Assembly: GCA_947591495.1 (NCBI GenBank)
Contig: CANQDG010000006.1
Span: forward strand, 375 to 64,374
Direction: 5' to 3'
DNA length: 64,000 nucleotides
From: an uncultured Bacilli bacterium
Lineage (GTDB): Bacteria; Bacillota_I; Bacilli_A; ML615J-28; CAG-313
The position numbers were made by a program, and so were the translations under genes. How positions within the stretch are numbered: position 1 is the stretch's first letter; each line of letters starts with the position of its first letter. The notes beneath the pieces are model-generated. The model was not told the DNA's origin, did not search any database, and saw only the letters and a list, made by a program, of their open reading frames with translations. Of the stretch, positions 8,504 to 19,890 are shown one piece after another.

Positions 8504-10042
8504 ATGAGTCAAAAAAAATTAGTAATGTTAGTTATTATGGATGGTTATGGCATTAGAGATGTTACCGATGGCAACGCAATCTTTCATGCTAAAAAACCAC
8601 ACCTAGATTATTTATTTAAAAAATATCCTCATACGATTATTAAAGCATCAGGTGAGGCAGTAGGTTTACCCGAAGGACAAATGGGTAATAGTGAAGTAGG
8701 ACATCTTAATATTGGAGCCGGAAGAGTTGTTTTTCAATCATTAACGAGAGTAAATATTGCTTGTCGAGAAGGCATTTTAGATAAGGTTGAAGCAATTGAT
8801 AAAGCGATTAATCATGCAATCAAGAATCATTCTTGCCTTCATATTATGGGGCTTATGAGTGATGGTGGTGTTCATTCTCATATTGATCATATTGTTTACT
8901 TAATGAATAAAGCCATTGAAAGAGGCGTTAAAAAGGTATATGTACATTCCTTCTTAGATGGACGAGATGTTCCACCTAAATCAGCCAAAAAATATTTAAC
9001 ATATCTTGAAGAAAAGAAAGTTAAAGGTGTTGAACTAGGAATTGTTGCCGGGCGTTATTACGCTATGGATCGTGATAAAAATTATGACCGAATCCAACTT
9101 GCTTATGATGCTTTAGTTAAAGGTAAGGCACCATATAAAGGCTTACTTGAAGGCCTTGATGAAAGTTATCTTGAAGGAGTAACTGATGAATTTGTAAAAC
9201 CTTATATTGTTACACCTGATTCTAATATCAAAGAAAACGATGCGGTAATCTTTGCTAATTTTAGACCTGACCGTGCGATTGAAATGAGTCTTGCTTTAAC
9301 TAATCCTCATGAGGCTAAAAGTGAAAAAGCTTATCTTAAAGATTATGTTGAGTTTAAGAATCTTTATTTTGTGCAAATGATGTTATATTCAGAACTTGTT
9401 AAAGGTGATATTGCTTTTGGTATTCAAGAATTAAATAATATGTATGGTGATGTTATTGCCAATCACGGCTTACGACAATTAAGGATTGCGGAAACCGAAA
9501 AATATGCTCATGTTACTTATTTCTTCGATGGTGGTCTTGATAAAGAATTAAAAGGTTCAGATCGTATTTTAGTTGCTTCACCAAAGGTTGCAACCTATGA
9601 TTTAAAACCGGAAATGAGTGCTTATGAAGTTACCGAAAAGGTTGTCGACGCTATCTTAAAAGAAGAATATGATACGATTATTTTAAATTATGCTAATTGT
9701 GATATGGTTGGTCATACAGCAGTTTTTGAGGCGGCAGTTAAAGCGGTTGAGACAGTTGATGAATGTGTTGGTAGAGTATATGAAGCAGTGGAAAAAGTTG
9801 ATGGCACTTTAATTATCACCGCTGATCATGGAAATGCCGATGAAATATGGGATGAAAATCATTTACCATTTTCGGCTCATACAACCTCCCCTGTACCATT
9901 CTTAATTACTAGAAATGATGTAGTCCTCAAAGAAGGCGGTAATCTAGGAGATATAACCCCTACGATGCTTGAACTTTTAGGTATTGAAAAACCAGTTGAA
10001 ATGACTGGTCAAAGTATGATTAAGTCGCATAAAAGTAAATAA
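8504..10042 (+). CDS. gpmI: 2,3-bisphosphoglycerate-independent phosphoglycerate mutase
   Basis: Motifs GQMGNSEVGH, GRYYAMDRD, AETEKYAHVT, DMVGH and TADHGN. Confidence 0.97.
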   Translation: MSQKKLVMLVIMDGYGIRDVTDGNAIFHAKKPHLDYLFKKYPHTIIKASGEAVGLPEGQMGNSEVGHLNIGAGRVVFQSLTRVNIACREGILDKVEAIDKAINHAIKNHSCLHIMGLMSDGGVHSHIDHIVYLMNKAIERGVKKVYVHSFLDGRDVPPKSAKKYLTYLEEKKVKGVELGIVAGRYYAMDRDKNYDRIQLAYDALVKGKAPYKGLLEGLDESYLEGVTDEFVKPYIVTPDSNIKENDAVIFANFRPDRAIEMSLALTNPHEAKSEKAYLKDYVEFKNLYFVQMMLYSELVKGDIAFGIQELNNMYGDVIANHGLRQLRIAETEKYAHVTYFFDGGLDKELKGSDRILVASPKVATYDLKPEMSAYEVTEKVVDAILKEEYDTIILNYANCDMVGHTAVFEAAVKAVETVDECVGRVYEAVEKVDGTLIITADHGNADEIWDENHLPFSAHTTSPVPFLITRNDVVLKEGGNLGDITPTMLELLGIEKPVEMTGQSMIKSHKSK

Positions 10043-10211
10043 AAACCATTTAATAAAACCAATTAACAAAAGTAGAATGATATTCTATTAAAAGGAGAAT
10101 GACGTTTTTTTCATTCTCTTCTTTTTTTTCAATTAAGATACTAAAAAATTAAACAGGAGGTTGTTTTTTTATTTAGCTTAGACTATACTTAAGGTGTGAG
10201 GTGCAACTATT

Positions 10212-10967
10212 ATGACAAAACAAGCATATAAGAAATTAAAAAAACAAAACCGAAAAAATTATCGACTTTCAAAAAAAGCCTTAAAACAAGAATATCGCAG
10301 TAACAAAGAAAAAGAAGTTAAAACAATTGATATGGTCAAGAACCAAGGCGTTCCTAAAAGAAGTATTTTAGAAGAAATTGGTAATGCCGTAACCCATATT
10401 GTAGGTTGTGCAATGGCGATTGCGGGCTGTGTTTTATTACTTGTCAAAGCTAAAACTGCTAGTGAATATGTTGGTTATAGTATTTATTCAGCCGGTCTTA
10501 TTTTAATGTTTTTAATGAGTGCTTTATATCATGCTTTCCCTTATGGAAGCACTGTAAAGCGGGTTTTTCGCCGATTTGATTATTCATCAATTTATCTTTT
10601 AATTGGAGCAACCTTTTCGCCAATTTTACTTTGTTATGTTGGCAAAACCTTAGGATTAGTCTTTCTTATTATTCAGTGGGTTATTATTTTGATAGGAATT
10701 ACCTTCTTAAGTATTTTTGGACCTAGCAAACTTAAAGGATTACATTTTACTTTATATATCTTAATTGGTTGGAGTGGTTTAATATTCTTACCTAAAATGG
10801 TAACGGATAATATGACTTTATTTATTTTTATTTTATTGGGAGGAATTGTTTATTCTTTAGGGATTATTCCTTTTGCGATTGATAAAAAGGTATCCCACTT
10901 TATTTGGCATTTCTTTGTTTTATTCGGTGCTGTGATTCAGTGGATTGGAATTTTTGTAGCTCTTTAA
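10212..10967 (+). CDS. Hemolysin III / PAQR family membrane protein
   Basis: Motifs EEIGNAVTH, SALYH, RRFDYSSIYLLIGAT and HFIWHFFVL. Confidence 0.9.
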   Translation: MTKQAYKKLKKQNRKNYRLSKKALKQEYRSNKEKEVKTIDMVKNQGVPKRSILEEIGNAVTHIVGCAMAIAGCVLLLVKAKTASEYVGYSIYSAGLILMFLMSALYHAFPYGSTVKRVFRRFDYSSIYLLIGATFSPILLCYVGKTLGLVFLIIQWVIILIGITFLSIFGPSKLKGLHFTLYILIGWSGLIFLPKMVTDNMTLFIFILLGGIVYSLGIIPFAIDKKVSHFIWHFFVLFGAVIQWIGIFVAL

Positions 10968-11109
10968 AAAGAATATAATTTAAATAAATTTATATAATGA
11001 AATAGCAAATTCGGTTATAATAAATAAAAAGCCGTAAGATTTGCGAAAAATATGAAATTAGTTTATAATATATGAGTATAAAATTAAAAAAAATAAAGGA
11101 GAAAAAAAC

Positions 11110-11802
11110 ATGAACTATACAAATGAAGTTAAGGAAATGTGTAGTGTTAAAGTTGGTGCAAGTCATGGATGTGCTCCAATTCCTCAAGAAGGTAAATGGA
11201 CATATTCAAAAGAAATCAAAGACATCAATGGTTTTACACATGGAATTGGTTGGTGTGCTCCTCAACAAGGTGCATGTAAATTAACCTTAAATGTTAAAAA
11301 TGGCATAATAGAAGAAGCTTTAATTGAAACAATCGGCTGTTCTGGTATGACTCATTCAGCAGCGATGGCAAGTGAGGCTATTGTTGGCAAAACTGTACTT
11401 GAGGCTGTTAATACCGATCTTGTTTGTGATGCAATTAATACAGCAATGCGTGAATTGTTTTTACAAATAATTTATGGACGTACCCAATCAGCTTTTTCTG
11501 AAGATGGTCTTTCAATCGGTGCTGGACTTGAAGATTTAGGTAAAGGTTTAAGAAGCCAAGTAGGTACATCTTATAGTACGAAACTTAAAGGACCTCGTTA
11601 CCTTGAACTCGCTGAAGGATATGTAACAAGACTTGCGCTTGATGAAGAAAACCAAATCATTGGTTATGAATATTTAAATTTAGGTAAATTTACAGATTTC
11701 CTTAAAAAAGGTATAAACGCTGATGAAGCTCTAAAAAAATCTACTGGTACATATGGCAGATTTACTGAAGGATCAAAATATATTGATCCACGTCAAGAAT
11801 AG
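11110..11802 (+). CDS. IscU/NifU-N-like scaffold protein (GGGtGRT-associated)
   Basis: Motifs GWCAPQQGACKLTLNVK, ETIGCSGMTHSAAMA and LVCDAIN. Confidence 0.85.
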   Translation: MNYTNEVKEMCSVKVGASHGCAPIPQEGKWTYSKEIKDINGFTHGIGWCAPQQGACKLTLNVKNGIIEEALIETIGCSGMTHSAAMASEAIVGKTVLEAVNTDLVCDAINTAMRELFLQIIYGRTQSAFSEDGLSIGAGLEDLGKGLRSQVGTSYSTKLKGPRYLELAEGYVTRLALDEENQIIGYEYLNLGKFTDFLKKGINADEALKKSTGTYGRFTEGSKYIDPRQE

Positions 11803-11814
11803 GAGGTATAAACT

Positions 11815-12816
11815 ATGGCATTATTTGAAAACTACGAAAGAAGAATTAATCAAATTAATAAAACCTTAAATGACAATGGTATTTCCTCCATTGAAGAAGC
11901 TAAAGCTATTTGTGATAAAGCTGGTGTTGATGCTTATAATATTGTTAAAGGTATTCAACCTATTTGTTTTGAAAATGCTTGCTGGGCATATACAGTAGGA
12001 GCTGCTATTGCGCTTAAAAAAGGTGCTAAAAATGCAAGCGAAGCAGCTAAATATATTGGTGTAGGACTTCAATCATTCTGTATTCCTGGCTCTGTTGCAG
12101 ACGATCGTAAAGTAGGACTTGGACATGGTAATCTTGGCGCAATGTTACTTTCAGAAGATACTAAATGTTTTGCTTTCTTAGCTGGTCATGAATCTTTTGC
12201 TGCTGCTGAAGGCGCAATTGGTATTGCTAAAACCGCAAACAAAGTAAGAAAGACTCCTCTTCGCGTTATTTTAAATGGTCTTGGAAAAGATGCTGCTAAA
12301 ATCATTTCGCGAATTAATGGTTTTACCCATGTAGAAACTACTTTTGATTATCAAACTGGTAAACTTAATGTAGTATCTAGAACACCTTATTCTAAAGGTG
12401 AAAGAGCTCTTGTTAATTGTTATGGTGCTGATGATGTTAGAGAAGGTGTAGCAATTATGCACTTTGAAGGTGTTGATGTATCAATTACTGGTAACTCAAC
12501 TAATCCAACTCGTTTTCAACATCCAGTTGCTGGAACATATAAAAAAGAATGTGTAGAACTTGGTAAGAAATATTTTTCAGTTGCATCTGGTGGTGGAACT
12601 GGTCGTACACTTCACCCAGATAATATGGCTGCAGGTCCTGCATCATATGGCTTTACGGATACACTTGGCAGAATGCATTCTGATGCGCAATTTGCTGGTT
12701 CATCATCGGTTCCTGCTCATGTTGAAATGATGGGCTTAATTGGAATGGGAAATAACCCAATGGTTGGTGCTACGGTTGCAGTAGCAGTAGCAGTAGCTGA
12801 AGCGCTTAATAAATAG
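11815..12816 (+). CDS. GGGtGRT protein
   Basis: Signature SGGGTGRTLHPDN, with the MALFENYERRI start typical of the family. Confidence 0.93.
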   Translation: MALFENYERRINQINKTLNDNGISSIEEAKAICDKAGVDAYNIVKGIQPICFENACWAYTVGAAIALKKGAKNASEAAKYIGVGLQSFCIPGSVADDRKVGLGHGNLGAMLLSEDTKCFAFLAGHESFAAAEGAIGIAKTANKVRKTPLRVILNGLGKDAAKIISRINGFTHVETTFDYQTGKLNVVSRTPYSKGERALVNCYGADDVREGVAIMHFEGVDVSITGNSTNPTRFQHPVAGTYKKECVELGKKYFSVASGGGTGRTLHPDNMAAGPASYGFTDTLGRMHSDAQFAGSSSVPAHVEMMGLIGMGNNPMVGATVAVAVAVAEALNK

Positions 12817-12949
12817 ATTTATGAAAATTACTATTGTTAAAAGCAATAGTAATTTTTTAAAAAATGGTATAATAAAAGTATCTAAAAAACATATTTTAGA
12901 TAAAAATGCTCATATTAATAATATAACTATCAAAAAGGAAAGGAGATAA

Positions 12950-14242
<1,293 letters not shown>

Positions 14243-14243
14243 T

Positions 14244-14288
14244 AAAAGACTGTTAATACCTATTGATAAGGTATTTAACAGTCTTTTT
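14244..14288. terminator. Bidirectional terminator between convergent eno and lit
   Basis: AAAAGACTGTTAATACC...GGTATTTAACAGTCTTTT inverted repeat. Confidence 0.75.
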
Positions 14289-15070
14289 TAATGATTTGTT
14301 TGGGTCTTTTTATTAATTTTATAATAAATAAGTTTTACAACGCCATATATAATAATTGGCATCATAATTGTTATAACAAAAATACTAACAATGATAGCAG
14401 CAATATGCATAAAGAATTCTTCGGTCAAAACATTGGTCAACGTATCTTGAGGACTAAAAAATGATAATTCAACTTTTTCAATATCAGGAAAAATTAAATG
14501 ATGGAAAACTTCACCAAAAGCAAAATCAAAATTAGTAATTGTAAAAATGGCTAGACCAATTGTTATAACAAGAAAAACACTAAAGATAATTACATATGTC
14601 TTAAACCAATAATCCTTAACATGATTTCTTCGCACAACTAAATAAATAACTGCTAAAATAAAGATAGCTAAACAAATAAAGGTTAATTTGATTCCTCCAA
14701 GAAAAAGCACTTTAACATCAGCCATATGGATTAAAGCTTGTTCTGAAAAGAAATCAAAGGTATTGCCTTCTTCATCAATAACGAGTTGAAATTGCATACT
14801 TTCAACATCTTTATGATATAAGTAATTAATAATATGTTCAGTTGCATTTTTGACATCATCCCAAGTTACATCATAGTCGGGATAATTATTTTGGCCATTA
14901 AAACTATTTAATTCTAAATTCTCTTCGATCTTATTTTTAAGATGTTCATGATTATAAAAACTTTTCGATTTAGCAATCGGTAAAATAGCTAACGCAAATG
15001 CTAAAGCGATAAATAAAATAGAAGCGATAATTAAGACAAGACGATCAATTATTTTTAAAGTTTTATCCAT
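14288..15070 (-). CDS. lit: Lipoprotein intramolecular transacylase-like (DUF1461/TIGR01906)
   Basis: HMADVKVLF and VFHHLIFP motifs (the two conserved His), 4 TM helices, coupled to lgt. Start MDKTLK at 15070. Confidence 0.7.
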   Translation of the reverse strand: MDKTLKIIDRLVLIIASILFIALAFALAILPIAKSKSFYNHEHLKNKIEENLELNSFNGQNNYPDYDVTWDDVKNATEHIINYLYHKDVESMQFQLVIDEEGNTFDFFSEQALIHMADVKVLFLGGIKLTFICLAIFILAVIYLVVRRNHVKDYWFKTYVIIFSVFLVITIGLAIFTITNFDFAFGEVFHHLIFPDIEKVELSFFSPQDTLTNVLTEEFFMHIAAIIVSIFVITIMMPIIIYGVVKLIYYKINKKTQTNH

Positions 15071-15920
15071 GATTTTCACCATCATTAATAGAATTATCAT
15101 CTTGATAATCAGCCGAATTAATCGTTTGATTTATTGTGATAGGCACATTTTTAGTTTTTAACCATTGTTCAATTTTAGTTCGCCAAATGATTAAGATAAT
15201 ACCAAGAATAATCATAATAATTCCTAAAAATTGGGAAGGAGTTAAAAAACCAAAAGGACTATATCCCCGATCATCGCCTCTTAAGAATTCAATAAAGAAG
15301 CGGAAAGTATTATATCCAATTAAATACCAAGAGGTGCGATTTCGTTTAACAAAGAAAAATAAGACAATAGCTAAAATAACTAAGAATAAAGATTCATAGA
15401 AAAAGGTTGGTAAGACATAGGCTTGTTCTCCATTAACAAAATAAGGAATGGCTGTAAAAGTATTAGCAGGAACTTCTTTACCATAACAACATCCACCAAA
15501 GTAACAACCGATACGACCAAAGCTATGGGCAATACAAATACCAATAACAATTAAATCGAGTCTTTGAAACATCAAGTGACGTTCATTTTTTTCAATAATA
15601 AAATAAATGATAAAATATGTAATAATAGCACTAAAAAGTCCACCAGAATATGTAATACCATTCCAGTTCCAAACAAACTTTCCATTTTTATGAGCTTCTT
15701 CAATACTATGCCATAAACCATCAAAGCATAAAGCGCCAATCGCAAACATTGCGCCGGAAAGAGCACAAATAACAATTAAATTATTAATAGCATTTTCGGA
15801 AATATTGTTTTTCCGAAATAACCATAATTCAATGAGGGCAAAAGCAATAATACCAATTGCTAACATAATGCCATAAGCATGGTCCATTAGCCATAAAACT
15901 AAATTCATAGGGGTTATCAC
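15063..15920 (-). CDS. lgt: Prolipoprotein diacylglyceryl transferase
   Basis: Motifs YGIM, GITYSGG, HSFGRIGCYFGGCCYG, PTFFYES and RFFIEFLRGD. Confidence 0.88.
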   Translation of the reverse strand: MITPMNLVLWLMDHAYGIMLAIGIIAFALIELWLFRKNNISENAINNLIVICALSGAMFAIGALCFDGLWHSIEEAHKNGKFVWNWNGITYSGGLFSAIITYFIIYFIIEKNERHLMFQRLDLIVIGICIAHSFGRIGCYFGGCCYGKEVPANTFTAIPYFVNGEQAYVLPTFFYESLFLVILAIVLFFFVKRNRTSWYLIGYNTFRFFIEFLRGDDRGYSPFGFLTPSQFLGIIMIILGIILIIWRTKIEQWLKTKNVPITINQTINSADYQDDNSINDGENHG

Positions 15921-16056
15921 CTCCTGATAAAAACTTTAATTTAATTTTAGCACAAAAGAAGAAAATATATTGTTAAAATGCTCATTTATACAAGAACCTT
16001 TAGTTGAAAAAAAAAACTAAATGATATATAATTAAATAAATATAAAAGGTTAAAAG

Positions 16057-16734
16057 GTGAAAAAGATGATTGAACAAATTATAGCTAGTCTAAACCAAAC
16101 AACCAAAGATGTGTTACGATTAGATATTTTGATGAATCATACAATTAATGATGAATTACATGCTAAGTGGGATTTTACGCTTAATACTTATCATAATCTT
16201 TTAGATAGTATTGACAAATATCTTAATGGAAGAAAAGAACCAATTATTAAGAATTATCTTATTAATGATAATGAAACGCTTTTACAAATGATTAAAGAGT
16301 TTAAAGAAGATTTATATCCTTTTTTTGATCCTAATGCTTTTGTGTTATTAGATAGTTTAAATCAAAAAGAATTAGTAGCTTTTCAAAACTTTGAAAAACA
16401 ATTAATTAGTAAGGATCAAAGTTTTACCCCTTATTTAGAAGCCCTCGAACAAACAGATGTTCTTCATCTTCATCATTTAATTAAAGAAGTAACCGAAAAA
16501 TTAGAAACTAGTTTATTGCCTAATGAAAAACATTTAATTCCTTTTAGTAGTTTAGAACAAATTAGGAATATTGATACATATAAGTTAGAAGATTATCCAA
16601 AAATTTATCAATTACTTAATAAATGCATTAAATATCTTCATGATAAAACGCTCTTTTATGATGATATGCTTGAGTTTAAATTTATAATTATTATCATTTT
16701 TTTAGGAGTTAAAAATGTACGATTTAGTAATTAA
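16057..16734 (+). CDS. Hypothetical protein, first gene of the rsmB operon
   Basis: 225-aa ORF overlapping the rsmB start, with an upstream sigma-A-like promoter. No motif recognised. Confidence 0.6.
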   Translation: MKKMIEQIIASLNQTTKDVLRLDILMNHTINDELHAKWDFTLNTYHNLLDSIDKYLNGRKEPIIKNYLINDNETLLQMIKEFKEDLYPFFDPNAFVLLDSLNQKELVAFQNFEKQLISKDQSFTPYLEALEQTDVLHLHHLIKEVTEKLETSLLPNEKHLIPFSSLEQIRNIDTYKLEDYPKIYQLLNKCIKYLHDKTLFYDDMLEFKFIIIIIFLGVKNVRFSN

Positions 16735-17950
16735 TAGTCTAATAAAAATCTTTAATGATCAAGCATATACTAATTTAACGATTAGTAATACGCTTAAAAA
16801 TGCCGCTTTTTCGGAAAATGAAAAGAAATTATATACTAAATTAGTTTATGGGGTAGTTGATAAAAAATACTACTTAGATTATTTAATGCAACCCTTAACG
16901 AAAGGTAAAAGAATCAAACCTTATGTTAAAAATGCTTTAAGAATAGGAGTTTATGGCTTAGAATATTTAAATCTTGCCCCTCATTATTTAATTAACGAAC
17001 TTGTCGCAACCGTTAAAAAAACCAACTTTCAAGCAGCTGGATTTGTTAATGCGATTTTGCGAAAGTATCAAATGATGCCTAAAAGGTCACTTGATAATTT
17101 ACCAGAAAATACTTACTTGAGCATTAAATATAGTATTAATCAAGAATTAGTAGATCTTTTAAATGCGCAATATCCTAAGATGTTACCATCTTTATTTGGG
17201 GATGAAGAAAATATCTATAATATCTACCGGATTAATCATTTAAAGGCCAAAACAAGTGATATTATTAGTTTTTTAGATAATGAGAAGATTTTATATGAAA
17301 TTGAAGATGGACTCATTTTAAAAACGACGAGTAATTTAATTAATACCACCCTTTTTCAAGAAGGCAAAATTGTTGCCCAAGATAAAGCAAGCATTAAGGT
17401 AGGTTTAATTGCCAACCCTAAAAAACATGATCTTATTTTAGATGCTTGTAGTGCACCTGGTTCGAAGGCTATGCATCTTGCGAGTATCATTGAAAATGAA
17501 GGAACGATTATTGCTTGTGATATTTATCCACATAAAATACAATTAATTAATGATAACGCTCAAAAACTAGGTGTAACGTGTCTTAAAACCTTTGTTTTAG
17601 ACGCAAGAGTGGCTACGTTTGATGAACTTTTTGATTTAATTTTAGTTGATGCACCATGCTCAGGATTAGGAGTCATGCGTCATAAACCCGATCTTAAATA
17701 TCAAATGACGAAAGATAAAATTGCTTCGATTAAGACTGATCAAAAAGCTATTTTAAATAATGTTGTTAAATATTTAAAAAAGCATGGTATCTTAGTATAT
17801 AGTACTTGTACCATTAATAAAGAAGAAAACGAAGGGATGATTAAAACTTTTTTAGAAACACATCCTAACTTTGAAAAACTTTATGAAGAAAGTATTTTTC
17901 CATCTAATACGCAAGATGGGTTTTATATTTGTAAATTACAGTGTAACTAG
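16715..17950 (+). CDS. rsmB: 16S rRNA m5C967 methyltransferase
   Basis: NusB-like N-terminus (FVNAILR), then DACSAPGSK, DAPCSGLG and YSTCT. Confidence 0.95.
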   Translation: MYDLVINSLIKIFNDQAYTNLTISNTLKNAAFSENEKKLYTKLVYGVVDKKYYLDYLMQPLTKGKRIKPYVKNALRIGVYGLEYLNLAPHYLINELVATVKKTNFQAAGFVNAILRKYQMMPKRSLDNLPENTYLSIKYSINQELVDLLNAQYPKMLPSLFGDEENIYNIYRINHLKAKTSDIISFLDNEKILYEIEDGLILKTTSNLINTTLFQEGKIVAQDKASIKVGLIANPKKHDLILDACSAPGSKAMHLASIIENEGTIIACDIYPHKIQLINDNAQKLGVTCLKTFVLDARVATFDELFDLILVDAPCSGLGVMRHKPDLKYQMTKDKIASIKTDQKAILNNVVKYLKKHGILVYSTCTINKEENEGMIKTFLETHPNFEKLYEESIFPSNTQDGFYICKLQCN

Positions 17951-17960
17951 AGGTTATTAA

Positions 17961-19007
17961 ATGAAAAAGAATATATATGATTATACCTTAGAAAAACTTC
18001 AAGAATACTTTATAGCCCATCAAGAAAAGCCTTTTCGCGCAACGCAAGTTTTTGAGTGGCTTTATCGCTTTCGCATTAAAGATTTTAAAGAAATGACTAA
18101 TGTTTCGAAAAAAGTGATTGCCCTTTTAGAAGAAGACTTTACGATTGAACCTTTAACCTTAGTTACAAAACTGGTGGCGATTGACCAAACCACAAAATAT
18201 CTTTTTCGCCTTTTTGATGGAAAACTGATTGAAACGGTTTTAATGCGTCATAATTATGGCAATAGTGTATGTGTAACAAGTGAAGTTGGTTGCAATATGG
18301 GATGTGCTTTTTGCGCAAGCGGTGAATTAGGCAAGATTCGTAATTTAACTGTGGGTGAAATGGTGCTTCAAGTTTTAATGGTTCAAAGAGATTTAGATGA
18401 GACTTTTCAACGTGTTTCTAATATTGTAGTAATGGGAATTGGTGAACCTTTTGATAACTATGATAATGTCTTAGATTTTTTAAGAATTATCAATTATCCT
18501 AAAGGCTTAGAAATTGGCGCAAGACATATGACGGTTTCCACTTGTGGAATCGTGCCTAAAATAAAAAGTTTTGCGACATTCGAATTACAAGTTAATTTAG
18601 CCATTAGCCTTCATGCACCTAATAATAAATTGCGCAATACAATTATGAAAATTAATCAAAAATATCCCATTGAACAAATTATTGAAGCTGTAGAGGAATA
18701 TTTAAAAGCCACCAATCGCCGCGTAACTTTTGAATATATTTTATTAAAAGATATTAACGACTCAACAAAATGCGCCTTAGAACTAGTTAAATTATTAAAA
18801 AATCTTAACTGCTATGTTAATTTAATTATCTATAATGAGGTTTCAACTAAACCTTACCAAAAAACCCCAAAAGAAAAAGCCGAAGCCTTTTTCAATGTTT
18901 TACACAGCCATGGCCTTAATGCAACCCTTAGAATGGAACATGGATCCGATATTATGGCAGCTTGTGGCCAATTAAGAGCCCAAAAGATGAAAGAAGAAGA
19001 ACTATAG
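17961..19007 (+). CDS. rlmN: 23S rRNA m2A2503 radical-SAM methyltransferase
   Basis: Motifs CNMGCAFC, VMGIGEP and DIMAACGQL. Confidence 0.97.
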   Translation: MKKNIYDYTLEKLQEYFIAHQEKPFRATQVFEWLYRFRIKDFKEMTNVSKKVIALLEEDFTIEPLTLVTKLVAIDQTTKYLFRLFDGKLIETVLMRHNYGNSVCVTSEVGCNMGCAFCASGELGKIRNLTVGEMVLQVLMVQRDLDETFQRVSNIVVMGIGEPFDNYDNVLDFLRIINYPKGLEIGARHMTVSTCGIVPKIKSFATFELQVNLAISLHAPNNKLRNTIMKINQKYPIEQIIEAVEEYLKATNRRVTFEYILLKDINDSTKCALELVKLLKNLNCYVNLIIYNEVSTKPYQKTPKEKAEAFFNVLHSHGLNATLRMEHGSDIMAACGQLRAQKMKEEEL

Positions 19008-19886
19008 ATGAAAGCCTTAATTACATGTTTAATTGCTGGAGAATATACTTTATTTGATCGTGATTTACATAAAAGTTTGATTGCTAAACCACGAGGAGTT
19101 TTTCGCAATGAAAAAATATCACCTAAAGTTGGTGACATCGTTGAATATGAAAATAGCACCCCCTATGCTATTATAACCAAAGTTGAACCAAGAAAAAATG
19201 ATTTTATAAGGCCTGCCATTGCCAATATCGATCAAGCCCTAATTGTCACAAGTGTAAAAGAACCTGACCTTAATCTTAATTTATTAGATAAAATGATTTG
19301 TGCTTTTGAATATCAAAGCATCGTTCCATTATTAATTTTTTCTAAGATTGATTTACTTGATGATTTAGCCCAAGAAAAGTTTGCGATAGTTGCGAAATAT
19401 TATCAAAAAATTGGTTATCAAGTTATTCTAACTACCACCAAAGATCCCTTAACGATTAATAAACTTACGCCCTTTTTAAAGAATAAAATAAGTGTTATTA
19501 CAGGTCAAAGTGGTGTTGGTAAAAGTAGTATGATGAATATTTTAGATGAATCATTACAAAGTAAAACAAATGAAATTTCTAAAGCTTTAAACCGGGGCAA
19601 ACATACAACTAGATATATTAAGCTTTATGCCTTAGAAGAAGGATGGGTCGCAGATAGTCCGGGATTTGGAATGGTAGATTTGTTTGATATGGATAAAATT
19701 AGTATTGCACATAGTTTTGTAGAGTTTTTTAAATTATCAAATGAATGTAAATTTAATGGTTGTCTTCATCAAAATGAACCATCTTGTAAAGTTAAAGAAG
19801 CAGTGATGTCCGGTGATATTTTACCTAGTAGATATCAAAATTATTTACAATTTATCAATGAAAAACAACATCAAAGAAAGTGGTGA
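19008..19886 (+). CDS. rsgA: Ribosome small-subunit-dependent GTPase A
   Basis: Motifs SKID, GQSGVGKSS, RGKHTT, DSPG and CKFNGCLHQNEPSC. Confidence 0.96.
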   Translation: MKALITCLIAGEYTLFDRDLHKSLIAKPRGVFRNEKISPKVGDIVEYENSTPYAIITKVEPRKNDFIRPAIANIDQALIVTSVKEPDLNLNLLDKMICAFEYQSIVPLLIFSKIDLLDDLAQEKFAIVAKYYQKIGYQVILTTTKDPLTINKLTPFLKNKISVITGQSGVGKSSMMNILDESLQSKTNEISKALNRGKHTTRYIKLYALEEGWVADSPGFGMVDLFDMDKISIAHSFVEFFKLSNECKFNGCLHQNEPSCKVKEAVMSGDILPSRYQNYLQFINEKQHQRKW

Positions 19887-19890
19887 TTAA

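Noticed and set aside
10212-10967. Hemolysin III as a virulence toxin
   Set aside because: The PAQR/HlyIII family is ubiquitous and linked to membrane homeostasis, and nothing here suggests a toxin locus.
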